Below, in pieces: positions 1-8,018 of a stretch of 32,000 nucleotides of DNA. This stretch comes from Candidatus Saccharimonadota bacterium. GTDB taxonomy: Archaea > Micrarchaeota > Micrarchaeia > Micrarchaeales > Micrarchaeaceae. Where the stretch lies: positions 920,258 through 952,257 of the forward strand of contig NZ_CP019964.1 in the NCBI RefSeq assembly GCF_002214165.1. Direction: 5' to 3'. Each line of letters starts with the position of its first letter. Position 1 is the first letter of the stretch. The position numbers and the translations under genes were made by a program. The notes below the pieces were generated by a model that saw nothing but the letters and a program-made list of their open reading frames with translations, had not been told where the DNA came from and searched no databases.

Positions 1-45
1 CAAGATGGCCGCAATGGCAAAAGAAGTTTACTCTTAGGTGCCTCA

Positions 46-645
46 TTGAAAAATTACTATAAGGAAGGGGAAGAGAAATTCGGTTTTCTATCGTCCGAAC
101 TTTACTTGCTTGCAGAAAAGGTGCCTTCCATGTCAAGGTTCTACAGATTCGTAGAGCGAGACTTAAGCAATAAAAAATTCCAAAGTCTGCTCGATGTAGG
201 GTTTGGTGTCGGAAGTGTAATATACCAACTTTCCAAAAGCAGAAAGTTCAACATCTACGGAGTGGATCCATCCAAATACATGGTAAAGATAGCTAATAAT
301 AGATTCAAAGGGAATCCAAATGTAAATCTTGCAGTGGGGAGCAGTACATATGTGCCCTTTGACAAGAAGTTTGATATAATTATCAGTTCACTGTCAATGC
401 ACCACTGGAACGACAAGAAAGGCTCCCTTAAATACCTGTCAAAGTTTTTGGCAGAGGGGGGCGAAATCGATATATACGAATTCCTGCTGTCAAAAGGAAA
501 ATCCTTGTCCGAGCATTTTGAGTACTGTGTTGCAAAGAGCCACATGGTTTCAAAGCAACAATTGGAGCAATATGGAGAAGAAGCAGGGCTTAAAGCCCAA
601 ATAAAGGTAAATGGGAATTTTATAAAAGCAACCTACAAGCCATAA
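46..645 (+). CDS. Class I SAM-dependent methyltransferase
   Basis: Glycine-rich SAM-binding motif 'LLDVGFGVGSV', then 'NIYGVDPS' and 'IIISSLSMHHW', typical of Methyltransf_11/25-type enzymes. TTG start sits 6 nt after an AGGTG Shine-Dalgarno. Confidence 0.7.
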   Translation: MKNYYKEGEEKFGFLSSELYLLAEKVPSMSRFYRFVERDLSNKKFQSLLDVGFGVGSVIYQLSKSRKFNIYGVDPSKYMVKIANNRFKGNPNVNLAVGSSTYVPFDKKFDIIISSLSMHHWNDKKGSLKYLSKFLAEGGEIDIYEFLLSKGKSLSEHFEYCVAKSHMVSKQQLEQYGEEAGLKAQIKVNGNFIKATYKP

Positions 646-651
646 CAAGAA

Positions 652-1143
652 TCATAGTTTGTATCCGAATTTCCTAAGCATGTTGTACCTTGATTCCTTA
701 TCTTCATCAGTTTCTATGCCTTTAGAAGGCATACCATCAACAATTCCCATTATCCCTCTTCCTTGGTGTGTTTTTGCGATTATTACCTGTACGGGATTTG
801 CAGTGGCACAGTATATGCCAGACACTTCAGGAACCGCTTTTATGTTGTTCACAACATTTATCGGAAATGCCTTTTTGAAGAATATTAGGAAGCAATGGCC
901 CGCCCCTACATTAAGTGCATTTTCTTCCGCCAAATGCTTCAGTTCGTCATCGTTGCCTTCGCTTCTTACTAACTGCTTTCCACTGGCCTCACAGAATGCT
1001 AATCCAAACAATACCTCAGGAGTTGACGAAATTATAGCTTCATATAAATCTTCGACTGTTTTTATAAAACCCGCTTGCCCCAAAATGAATTCTATTTCTT
1101 CGTCCTTTTTAATATCAACCACTTCAAATTCGACCATATACAC
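652..1143 (-). CDS. Adenosine-specific kinase family protein (PF04008-like)
   Basis: 163 aa with 'ILGQAGFIKTVEDLYEA', 'FGLAFCEASG', 'GAGHCFLIFFKKAFPINVVNNIK', 'CATANPVQVI', 'GIMGIVDG' and C-terminal 'FGYKL'. This matches my recollection of the archaeal adenosine-specific-kinase fold family. The antisense ORF 659..1174 is a low-complexity shadow. Confidence 0.65.
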   Translation of the reverse strand: MYMVEFEVVDIKKDEEIEFILGQAGFIKTVEDLYEAIISSTPEVLFGLAFCEASGKQLVRSEGNDDELKHLAEENALNVGAGHCFLIFFKKAFPINVVNNIKAVPEVSGIYCATANPVQVIIAKTHQGRGIMGIVDGMPSKGIETDEDKESRYNMLRKFGYKL

Positions 1144-1183
1144 ACAATATTATTGTGGCAAAACAAATATTTAATATATAGGG

Positions 1184-1741
1184 TTACAAGCTAAATTTCA
1201 GGACCGCCAACTTCTCATAGAATAAATTTTTCTCGAAGACTTCGGCACTTAACTCTTTTGCATCCTTTTCATAAGAATTAAGGGAACTCTCCAATAGCAA
1301 AACCTGATTTTCCGTAAGCAGATGATTGCCTACAGAACTTAAAAATTTATCTATCACCTGCCTGCCATCAAATCCTCCATCAAGAGCTTTATCAACCAAT
1401 TTATCCGATAAAAGGTAGGGGGGATTGAATATTATAGTATTGAACTTTCCTTTAATCCCTGAAAACAAATCCGTCTCAACAAATTTGCCCTCTAAATGAT
1501 TTAGTGCCACATTTTGCCTGGCGCATTCAAGTGCATTTGTGTCTATATCTGCGAATGTCACATCATCACCTTTGAGTGCCGCAATAATACCTAAATAGCC
1601 ACTACCAGTACCTAAATCCAGAACCTTGCCAAAACTGTATTCCTCTACAATATCTCCAAGAAGAAATGAATCATCGCTCGGGCAATATACGCCGTTGCAG
1701 CATTCAATCCTGAATTTGCCAAAATCAATCATAAGTGTCAA
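1184..1741 (-). CDS. HemK/PrmC(Mtq2)-type N5-glutamine methyltransferase
   Basis: 'VLDLGTGSGYLGIIAA' SAM motif plus the diagnostic 'IIFNPPYL' (NPPY) motif; size is typical of archaeal Mtq2 homologs. TTG at 1741 or ATG at 1732 as start. Confidence 0.75.
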   Translation of the reverse strand: MTLMIDFGKFRIECCNGVYCPSDDSFLLGDIVEEYSFGKVLDLGTGSGYLGIIAALKGDDVTFADIDTNALECARQNVALNHLEGKFVETDLFSGIKGKFNTIIFNPPYLLSDKLVDKALDGGFDGRQVIDKFLSSVGNHLLTENQVLLLESSLNSYEKDAKELSAEVFEKNLFYEKLAVLKFSL

Positions 1742-1803
1742 CCAATTAACATAAAATTTGAAACCTATATTAATTATTGCCCTAATAATAAAATGGTGTT
1801 TAA

Positions 1804-2325
1804 ATGGATGCAGAGGAACTAAAGAATTACATAAGGAATGTGCCGGATTTTCCGAAGAGCGGTATAATGTTCAAGGATATAACCCCCTTACTAAAGGACA
1901 AATATGCTTTCTCGGCTTCAATAAAGCTTCTTGCCGACCACATTAGGAATTTGGATTATGACTATATAGCAGGTATAGATTCACGAGGCTTTATAATCAG
2001 CGCGGCATTGGCAAACGAATTAAACTCCGGGTTGCTTCTAATTAGAAAAAAAGGAAAGTTGCCCTATCATACAGTCTCAATAGATTACCAATTGGAGTAC
2101 GGAAGTGATTCTCTCGAAATGCATGAAGATTCAATAAAAAAAGGGGACAAGGTGATCATAGTCGATGATCTGTTGGCTACAGGTGGGACGTCAGGCGCAG
2201 CAGCAAAGTTGATCGAAAAGCTTGGAGGTCAAGTATCCGAGCTGACTTTCATGATAGAACTTTCAGACCTTAAAGGAAAAGACAAATTAAAAGATTACCC
2301 AATATATTCCCTGCTAAAATACTAA
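1804..2325 (+). CDS. apt: Adenine phosphoribosyltransferase
   Basis: 'IRNVPDFPKSGIMFKDITPLL', 'IAGIDSRGFI' and the PRPP-binding loop 'VIIVDDLLATGGT'; 173 aa. Confidence 0.9.
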   Translation: MDAEELKNYIRNVPDFPKSGIMFKDITPLLKDKYAFSASIKLLADHIRNLDYDYIAGIDSRGFIISAALANELNSGLLLIRKKGKLPYHTVSIDYQLEYGSDSLEMHEDSIKKGDKVIIVDDLLATGGTSGAAAKLIEKLGGQVSELTFMIELSDLKGKDKLKDYPIYSLLKY

Positions 2326-2343
2326 AAATAAAAAAAAATAAAT

Positions 2344-2619
2344 TCAACCCTTGGTCATTGATTTCAGCTTTATGGATTCCGCATTTATCTCCACAGTAGC
2401 AAGGTATGTTTCATCAACCATGCAGTTTTCAAGCAAAGCCTCAGAAAGCTTCTTTGACTCGACAAAGAGGTTTAACAGTTCGGCCATGCTTGCTGAAGTT
2501 GCCAAATCATTCACCTTTAGCTGCTTAGGATCCTTCAATGAATCCATAGAGTATTCTTTGTTTTTCTTCTCCAGAAGAAAATTTACATTTTTCTTGATAC
2601 TCTCGTCTGCTTCTGCCAT
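2344..2619 (-). CDS. Hypothetical small protein (91 aa, helical/charged)
   Basis: ATG-initiated ORF with normal composition. The equal-length plus-strand ORF 2351..2626 is S/F-rich and low-complexity, so the minus frame is preferred. No recognisable motifs. Confidence 0.4.
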   Translation of the reverse strand: MAEADESIKKNVNFLLEKKNKEYSMDSLKDPKQLKVNDLATSASMAELLNLFVESKKLSEALLENCMVDETYLATVEINAESIKLKSMTKG

Positions 2620-2622
2620 TCT

Positions 2623-2636
2623 CTAACCCTAGGATA
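2623..2636. repeat. 14-bp direct repeat copy 1 (ctaaccctaggata)
   Basis: Exact 14-mer repeated at 2804..2817; it has a palindromic cctagg core. It lies 4 nt upstream of the start codon of the 2344..2619 minus-strand gene. Confidence 0.6.
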
Positions 2637-2803
2637 AGATTCCTTTCACGACTTGCTTTGTATTGCGTTAAGTCAACGCATTACTCATTTGTTTATTTAA
2701 GTAAAATTATTTATACCTTGCTACATTAAGATATTTCACCACAAGTAAAACAAAAGGCATAGCTAAAATTTAAAAACCCCAAATCTTAATCAAATATGCA
2801 TGC

Positions 2804-2817
2804 CTAACCCTAGGATA
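2804..2817. repeat. 14-bp direct repeat copy 2 (ctaaccctaggata)
   Basis: Exact second copy of the 14-mer at 2623..2636, 167 bp away in the same intergenic spacer. Confidence 0.6.
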
Positions 2818-2823
2818 TGCAGA

Positions 2824-2841
2824 CCTGTGCAATTGCACAGG
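2824..2841. terminator. Perfect 18-bp palindrome (cctgtgcaa/ttgcacagg) after the polyprenyl synthase stop
   Basis: The two 9-nt halves are exact reverse complements with no loop. It sits 11 nt downstream of the stop codon (2852-2854) of the minus-strand gene. It could be a terminator hairpin or a dimeric protein-binding site; no adjacent oligo-T tract. Confidence 0.4.
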
Positions 2842-2851
2842 CCTTACCGAT

Positions 2852-3892
2852 TCAATTTCTCCTATTTGCTGCATATCCAATGCTTTCTCTTGCCAATTCC
2901 TTTATGTGTGATTCTGGTATATCAGAAGTGTACTTGTTGAATTTTTCTACACTTTCATCAACCAATTTTTGCATATCCTCCTTTGATTTATCAATTGAAT
3001 GCAACTCATTGAATTGATTAAGCACAAAACCAATCTCCTCCTTGCTTTTATCGACCGGCTTCTTTTTGTAAATTTCTGCAAGTTTGTTCAATACATCTTG
3101 GGATGCATCCTGAACCGCATGCCAAAGTATTATAGTCTTTACTCCATCCCTAACGTCAGTGCCTATAGATTTTCCTAGCTGATCCGTAGTTGAAGTGCAA
3201 TCAAGTATATCATCCTTTATCTGAAAAGCCAAACCTGCCGGGGTTCCATACTCCTTTATTTCACCAATTACTTTTTCATCCGCATTTGCAACTATTGCAC
3301 CTTGCTGCATTGGCCCATATACACTGTAATAAGCTGATTTTGCATGTATGGAAGTGTAGTAATCCTCACGAGTAAACTTTGTTATATCTTTTATATCAGA
3401 TGTAAGATGGATGTCCCTGTACTGGCCCTGGTGCGTTACGTTTATCATATCATAGAATTTGTCAAAATACCTCTTCTCTCTTTCCGGTCCTAGCTTCTTG
3501 CAGGCATCATACACTATTTTCCAATTTATCGATTGCAAGTTGCTTGCTGCATTTATCGCATACCTGTCACCATAGATTAGGTGTGCTGAAGGGCCTCCCC
3601 TTCTCAGATTGTTGTCATCCATCCAATCGTCAATCATAAGCAGCCAGTCTTCTGAAACCTGTTGCGATGCAGCGGGAAGCATGGCTTCCTCAATATCGCC
3701 TCCATACAGCAAGCTCCACAACAGTACATAAGAAGGCCTTCTATACTGACCTTTCCTATCTGTGTAGCACCGCACTGATTCAAAGTAAGCCGAAGGCTCG
3801 CCATTAGGAAGATATCCATCTATCAACCCGTATACCTTGTCCTTGTAAAGGGATATGAAATCCTTAAAACTTTTAGCGTCGTTTGCATCCAT
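2852..3892 (-). CDS. Polyprenyl diphosphate synthase (trans-IPPS), probably short-chain (FPP/GGPP-type)
   Basis: First Asp-rich motif 'MIDDWMDDNNLRRG' and second 'FQIKDDILD'. Trp sits five residues before the first motif ('EDWLLMIDD'), and a bulky residue there classically limits chain length. Confidence 0.85.
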   Translation of the reverse strand: MDANDAKSFKDFISLYKDKVYGLIDGYLPNGEPSAYFESVRCYTDRKGQYRRPSYVLLWSLLYGGDIEEAMLPAASQQVSEDWLLMIDDWMDDNNLRRGGPSAHLIYGDRYAINAASNLQSINWKIVYDACKKLGPEREKRYFDKFYDMINVTHQGQYRDIHLTSDIKDITKFTREDYYTSIHAKSAYYSVYGPMQQGAIVANADEKVIGEIKEYGTPAGLAFQIKDDILDCTSTTDQLGKSIGTDVRDGVKTIILWHAVQDASQDVLNKLAEIYKKKPVDKSKEEIGFVLNQFNELHSIDKSKEDMQKLVDESVEKFNKYTSDIPESHIKELARESIGYAANRRN

Positions 3893-3900
3893 ATAATCAC

Positions 3901-4977
3901 TCAGAAATTTCTGTTAAGTACAAAACCAACCATCTGCTTGATAAGCTCCTTCCCGTGTGAATCCGGGAACTCCTTATCCACTTCATTCCATACGTCATTT
4001 ATCAATGAATCGGCTATCTTTTCAACATAGCCATCTGAGTTGTATTTTATCAGTATGTTCGAAGCCTCTTCTTTTAACTTAGGGTCAGAGCTATGGGATT
4101 TCAGGATTTCAAGAAGCCTGCTTCTATCCTTTTCATCTGCTTCCTTAATCGCATGTGTCACCAGCAGAGTTATCTTCCCTTCTGTTATATCATCTCCTAC
4201 TCCCCCTTTGCTCTCAGATACATTTGACTTTTCTATGTTTAGAAGGTCATCTTTTATCTGAAACACAACACCAACCGTCGCACCGAATTTCCCAAGCAGT
4301 TTTATCTGCCTGTCCGTTGCCCCTCCGATAACCGCACCAAGTTCTGCGGCAAATCCTAAAAGGGCGCCAGTTTTGTCAAATGCCATCCTCATGTAATTTT
4401 CTTCGCTTATATTGTTAGGGTTTATAAGGAAGTTATGCCATGCCAAATCCACTCCCTGTCCTATGCCAAGCTTTAGCATATCCTCAATGTAAAGCTGCAT
4501 TATCTTGATCTTCTGCTCGTTCTCAAGCTTGCTGCTGTCTATAAGGGCTTTCATTGGGAAATAAAACATAAAGTCTCCCAAGTTAAGCGCTATATCCAAT
4601 CCATATTTTATGTGTACACAGTCAACATTTCTCCTTTTGACTGACCGGTCCTCTATGTCATCATGTATAAGTGTTGCTGTATGCAGGACCTCTGGTATTA
4701 TGGAGAACTCTATGTAATCATCAGGATTCTTTTTGAAAAGGCTTATCACAAGCGATGTGAATACCGGTCTTAGCCTTTTGCCTCCTTGCGATATGAGGTA
4801 CCATGCAGGATCCATGACGCTTTTCTCTATTGCGTCCGTATCGTAATCATAGCCCCCTCTTCCAAGAAGTTTCTCTATATTCTGATCAACATTCTTGTCA
4901 CTAAGAACTTCCTCAAGAAGCTTGTTCACTCTGCTTCCTTGCTCCTTCATATATGATACAAAATTATCTTCAGCCAA
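3901..4977 (-). CDS. Polyprenyl diphosphate synthase (trans-IPPS), possibly longer-chain
   Basis: 'LHTATLIHDDIEDRSVKRRN' (FARM) and 'FQIKDDLLN' (second motif ending in N, not D). Small residues (A, T) at -5/-4 of the FARM. TTG at 4977 or ATG 9 codons downstream. Confidence 0.85.
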   Translation of the reverse strand: MAEDNFVSYMKEQGSRVNKLLEEVLSDKNVDQNIEKLLGRGGYDYDTDAIEKSVMDPAWYLISQGGKRLRPVFTSLVISLFKKNPDDYIEFSIIPEVLHTATLIHDDIEDRSVKRRNVDCVHIKYGLDIALNLGDFMFYFPMKALIDSSKLENEQKIKIMQLYIEDMLKLGIGQGVDLAWHNFLINPNNISEENYMRMAFDKTGALLGFAAELGAVIGGATDRQIKLLGKFGATVGVVFQIKDDLLNIEKSNVSESKGGVGDDITEGKITLLVTHAIKEADEKDRSRLLEILKSHSSDPKLKEEASNILIKYNSDGYVEKIADSLINDVWNEVDKEFPDSHGKELIKQMVGFVLNRNF

Positions 4978-5049
4978 TCAATCACTAGGTAAATCATACT
5001 TATATGGAAGATAACCTTAAATGGTTTACAAAATTTACGTCAAAAGTCA

Positions 5050-5069
5050 AATTAAGGTTAACCTTAATT
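5050..5069. promoter_or_regulatory. Perfect 20-bp palindrome (aattaaggtt/aaccttaatt) upstream of the 5S promoter
   Basis: Exact inverted repeat without spacer, ~20 nt upstream of the 5S TATA box. A further 'aaccttaa' half-site lies at ~5014-5021. Confidence 0.4.
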
Positions 5070-5089
5070 ATATGAATTTGAGAGTAATG

Positions 5090-5096
5090 TTTATAA
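5090..5096 (+). promoter_or_regulatory. TATA box for the 5S rRNA gene
   Basis: 'tttataa' centred ~25 nt upstream of the predicted 5S 5' end, the canonical archaeal TATA-to-start spacing. Confidence 0.45.
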
Positions 5097-5117
5097 GGTT
5101 TAGCATGTCAATATACA

Positions 5118-5235
5118 ATGTTAAACGGTAATAGGAGCATGGAAACGCCCGATCCCTTTCCGAACTCGGAAGCTAAGCATGCTAACGATATGTGTGTACT
5201 GCCTGCGGGTGGGAAAGCATATTGCTGTTTAGCAT
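5118..5235 (+). rRNA. rrf: 5S ribosomal RNA (stand-alone gene)
   Basis: Conserved 5S core 'CCCGATCCCTTTCCGAACTCGGAAGCTAAGC' and 'GTACTGCC...GGGAAAGC'. The terminal helix I pairs 5118-5132 (atgttaaacggtaat) with 5221-5235 (attgctgtttagcat) over 15 bp including G-U pairs; ~118 nt. No 16S/23S in the window. Confidence 0.85.
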
Positions 5236-5255
5236 CTATATTATAAGGTGAACAA

Positions 5256-6668
5256 TTGGATTTAAAGTCCAAGAGCCTTTACGAAGGCGAAAGTCCTGAT
5301 TTTCTTTTAGATTTAATCTCAAAGAAAACCGCAAAGTACGATTTTTCAGAAGTTTATTTATCAAGCGGCATTTCTAGCGCATTTGACATACATAATGGGA
5401 TATTTGATGGAAATTTCAGCTCTTCCTCTAAAGGTGCAAGGATAAGAATAATGGAGAATGGATTATTCTACAACATGTCAACCAATGATTTAAGTAAAAG
5501 CAGCTTAATGTCAGCCATAAGCAAAATAAAAGGGATGCCTAAGGGCAGCACAAAGCTGTCAAGCGAGAAGACAGTAAAAGGTAAATATAGAGTAACACCG
5601 AAAATATTGGACGAAAGAGAAGCTAGCAAGCTGGCATATGATTTAGATTACTATCTCAAAGGCTATAAAGAGGTAATTTACAGGGAGGTGTCATTAGGCT
5701 ACGGAGAAGAAGAAACATTATTCGAGAACAGCGAAGGCTCTAGCATAATGTCATATTATCCTTCAGCGGGCCTATCAATATACCTTCTTATAAAAGGCAA
5801 AAAATCTACAAGAGAGCGGATACTTGAATTTGGAGGGGTTGGAGGCCTTGAGGTATTGGATTACGAAAGGATAACCAAAAGGATCAGCGAGGAGATAAAA
5901 GGCTTGAAGGCAGTTGCTGACAATGGTGCCTCACTGAGCGACGCTAAGATTAAATCAATAAAAAATGTGGTAATCTCCCCCGAAATATCAGGAATTGCAG
6001 TACATGAAAGCATAGGCCACCCCAATGAATCTGATAGGGTTTTTGGAAGGGAATTGGCCCAAGCAGGGTCAAGCTACATAAACAAGGATAATTTAGGCAT
6101 GAGAATCGGAAGCGACAGTGTAAACATATTCGATTATCCATCGATAAAAGGCACTTCAGGATTCTATTACTATGATGACGAAGGCGTAAAAGCCGCCAAA
6201 AAGCACATTATCAAGAACGGCATGCAGAATGAGCTTCTGCTGAACAGAGAATATGCAGGCATGTTAAAGAGAAAGAGCAATGGCTCAGCAAGGTCAAGCA
6301 GCTATGATGCAGAGCCATTGGTAAGGATGTCAAACACTTATTTAGGTGCAGGAGACTCCTCCTTTGAAGAGTTAATTACCGAAGCAAAGGATGGGATTTA
6401 TGTAAAAAGCTTCAACGGATGGAACATAGACGACACAAGGAGCTTTTCAATGTACCAAGGAAACGAAGCTTATCTTATAAAGAAAGGAGAGATAAGCTCA
6501 CCTATACTTAATTATCGTTTGGAGAAGGGCACACTAGACCTTTGGAAGTCTGTATCTTTATTGTCGAAAAAGGTTGAACTTTTCAATGGAGAATGCGGAA
6601 AGGGGGAGCCATTGCAAGGTGTTCCAGTAACCATGGGAGGACCATACGCATTGCTGCAGTTCAGGTGA
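5256..6668 (+). CDS. tldD: TldD-family metalloprotease
   Basis: 'GIAVHESIGHPNESDR' (HExxxH zinc motif), 'YYYDDEG' and a C-terminal 'GGP' region typical of TldD. TTG start 5 nt after an AAGGTG SD. Confidence 0.85.
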   Translation: MDLKSKSLYEGESPDFLLDLISKKTAKYDFSEVYLSSGISSAFDIHNGIFDGNFSSSSKGARIRIMENGLFYNMSTNDLSKSSLMSAISKIKGMPKGSTKLSSEKTVKGKYRVTPKILDEREASKLAYDLDYYLKGYKEVIYREVSLGYGEEETLFENSEGSSIMSYYPSAGLSIYLLIKGKKSTRERILEFGGVGGLEVLDYERITKRISEEIKGLKAVADNGASLSDAKIKSIKNVVISPEISGIAVHESIGHPNESDRVFGRELAQAGSSYINKDNLGMRIGSDSVNIFDYPSIKGTSGFYYYDDEGVKAAKKHIIKNGMQNELLLNREYAGMLKRKSNGSARSSSYDAEPLVRMSNTYLGAGDSSFEELITEAKDGIYVKSFNGWNIDDTRSFSMYQGNEAYLIKKGEISSPILNYRLEKGTLDLWKSVSLLSKKVELFNGECGKGEPLQGVPVTMGGPYALLQFR

Positions 6669-6673
6669 GTTAA

Positions 6674-8017
6674 GTGATGCCAAAAGATATATTGTATTAT
6701 TCAAACAAGCTGAAATTTGACGACATACTTGTAGATATCGTATCTGGAGAAGCGACTTACTTGAAGATAGCAAACTCAAAGATTGATTCAGTAGTAAACG
6801 ACAATTCCACAAATGGAAGCTTATTTCTGTCAAAATCCAAGAAATTAATATCTGAGGATCTTCCAGACGTTTCAGATAAATCGGTAAAAAGCACCCTAAA
6901 AAAAGCTGCAAAAACCATAGGAAAGCTTTCTCCAAAGAATGATTACTACGGGATAGCCGAAGGCCCATTCAATTATAAGGGAAGGGGAAAGCCCGATGCA
7001 AAAATTTCAGGGTTTCAAATAAAAGACGTGGTGGATGTAGCAGAGCAGATAATATCGGAATTGGATTATAAGGATGTCAAGGACATTGCAGGAATGGTAA
7101 CCTTAGAGAAGCTGAAGGATTCATTGATGACAAACAAGGATGTCAATGCAAATAGCTCAACCGCTTATATCAAGGTCACGGCACATATTACTACAAAAGA
7201 GGGGTTTTCATACCAAGAGACTGCAGCATTTTCTAAATATAGCGAGATAAACATAAAGAAATTCTGTGATAATCTGTATTATACCGTGTCGCAGATAAAG
7301 ACCAAAGGCAAAATAAAAAGCGATACATACGATTTAATATACAAGCCTTCTTCTGCATCGAATCTGCTCCAAGAGGTTACTGCAGCAGCCACTATGTCAG
7401 AGATAGAAAATGGCAGTTTTCTAAAAGGCAGATTAGAGCACAAGGTGGCAGATGAAAACGTATCTATAATAGATTCCGGAATAGCCAAAGGGATGATAAG
7501 CTCAAGCTGCTATGATGACGAAGGCTATCCAACGAAAGACAACAGTGTCATAGAAAATGGAATTTTAAAAACATACCTGTACAACTGGTCCGAGGCAAAG
7601 AAGCACAATACGGAAAGCACAGGAAATGCAGGATTGATTGAATCTGAGCCCAATACCTTAATATTCAAGCACAAGAATCCTAAAAAGTCATTGGATTCAT
7701 TAATATCCGAAATAGATAAGGGAATCTTAGTTACAAATACATGGTATACAAGGTTTGACAACCACTCAACCGGTGATTTCTCAACCGTGCCAAGAGACCT
7801 GGCCATCTACATAGAAAAAGGGGAGCCCAAGTTCGCAATAAGCCAGATAAAAGGCACACAGACAGTAGGTATTAGGGTAAACGACAATATCATCAGGATG
7901 CTAAAGAATATAGAATCGGCTTCAAAATCTCCAGTACAAGCAATCTCTTGGGATGCGGAAGAGCCTGCGCTAGTTCCTGACATACTTGTAAAAGATGTTA
8001 AAGTTACAACAGTATAA
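6674..8017 (+). CDS. pmbA: PmbA/TldE-family protein (TldD partner)
   Basis: Paralogous fold with 'CYDDEGYPTKDN', 'IENGILKTYLY', 'GILVTNTWYTRF'; lacks HExxxH, as PmbA does. Immediately follows tldD; GGTGA SD; GTG 6674 or ATG 6677. Confidence 0.8.
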   Translation: MMPKDILYYSNKLKFDDILVDIVSGEATYLKIANSKIDSVVNDNSTNGSLFLSKSKKLISEDLPDVSDKSVKSTLKKAAKTIGKLSPKNDYYGIAEGPFNYKGRGKPDAKISGFQIKDVVDVAEQIISELDYKDVKDIAGMVTLEKLKDSLMTNKDVNANSSTAYIKVTAHITTKEGFSYQETAAFSKYSEINIKKFCDNLYYTVSQIKTKGKIKSDTYDLIYKPSSASNLLQEVTAAATMSEIENGSFLKGRLEHKVADENVSIIDSGIAKGMISSSCYDDEGYPTKDNSVIENGILKTYLYNWSEAKKHNTESTGNAGLIESEPNTLIFKHKNPKKSLDSLISEIDKGILVTNTWYTRFDNHSTGDFSTVPRDLAIYIEKGEPKFAISQIKGTQTVGIRVNDNIIRMLKNIESASKSPVQAISWDAEEPALVPDILVKDVKVTTV

Positions 8018-8018
8018 A

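Noticed and set aside
659-1174. 171-aa plus-strand ORF antisense to the adenosine-kinase-family gene. Similar antisense ORFs occur at 255-545, 2351-2626, 2817-3017, 4040-4261, 10934-11389, 14036-14377, 18495-18866, 19695-20372, 20463-20936, 22864-23538, 23926-24525 and 24837-25280.
   Set aside because: All lie fully inside motif-rich genes on the opposite strand and translate to Ser/Phe/Ile/Leu-rich low-complexity sequence. These are shadow ORFs typical of AT-rich coding DNA.
1758-1946. 62-aa plus-strand ORF starting upstream of apt.
   Set aside because: It overlaps the apt coding frame out of phase. Its TTG-type start has no SD, and the apt frame explains the region completely.
5097-5110. 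'tttagcat(g)' recurs at the 5' flank of 5S (5098-5106), at its 3' end (5229-5235) and after tRNA-Pro (~9524-9532). It was considered as a processing or termination signal.
   Set aside because: The two 5S copies are simply the two strands' worth of the extended terminal helix. The third is an 8-9-mer that could easily occur by chance.
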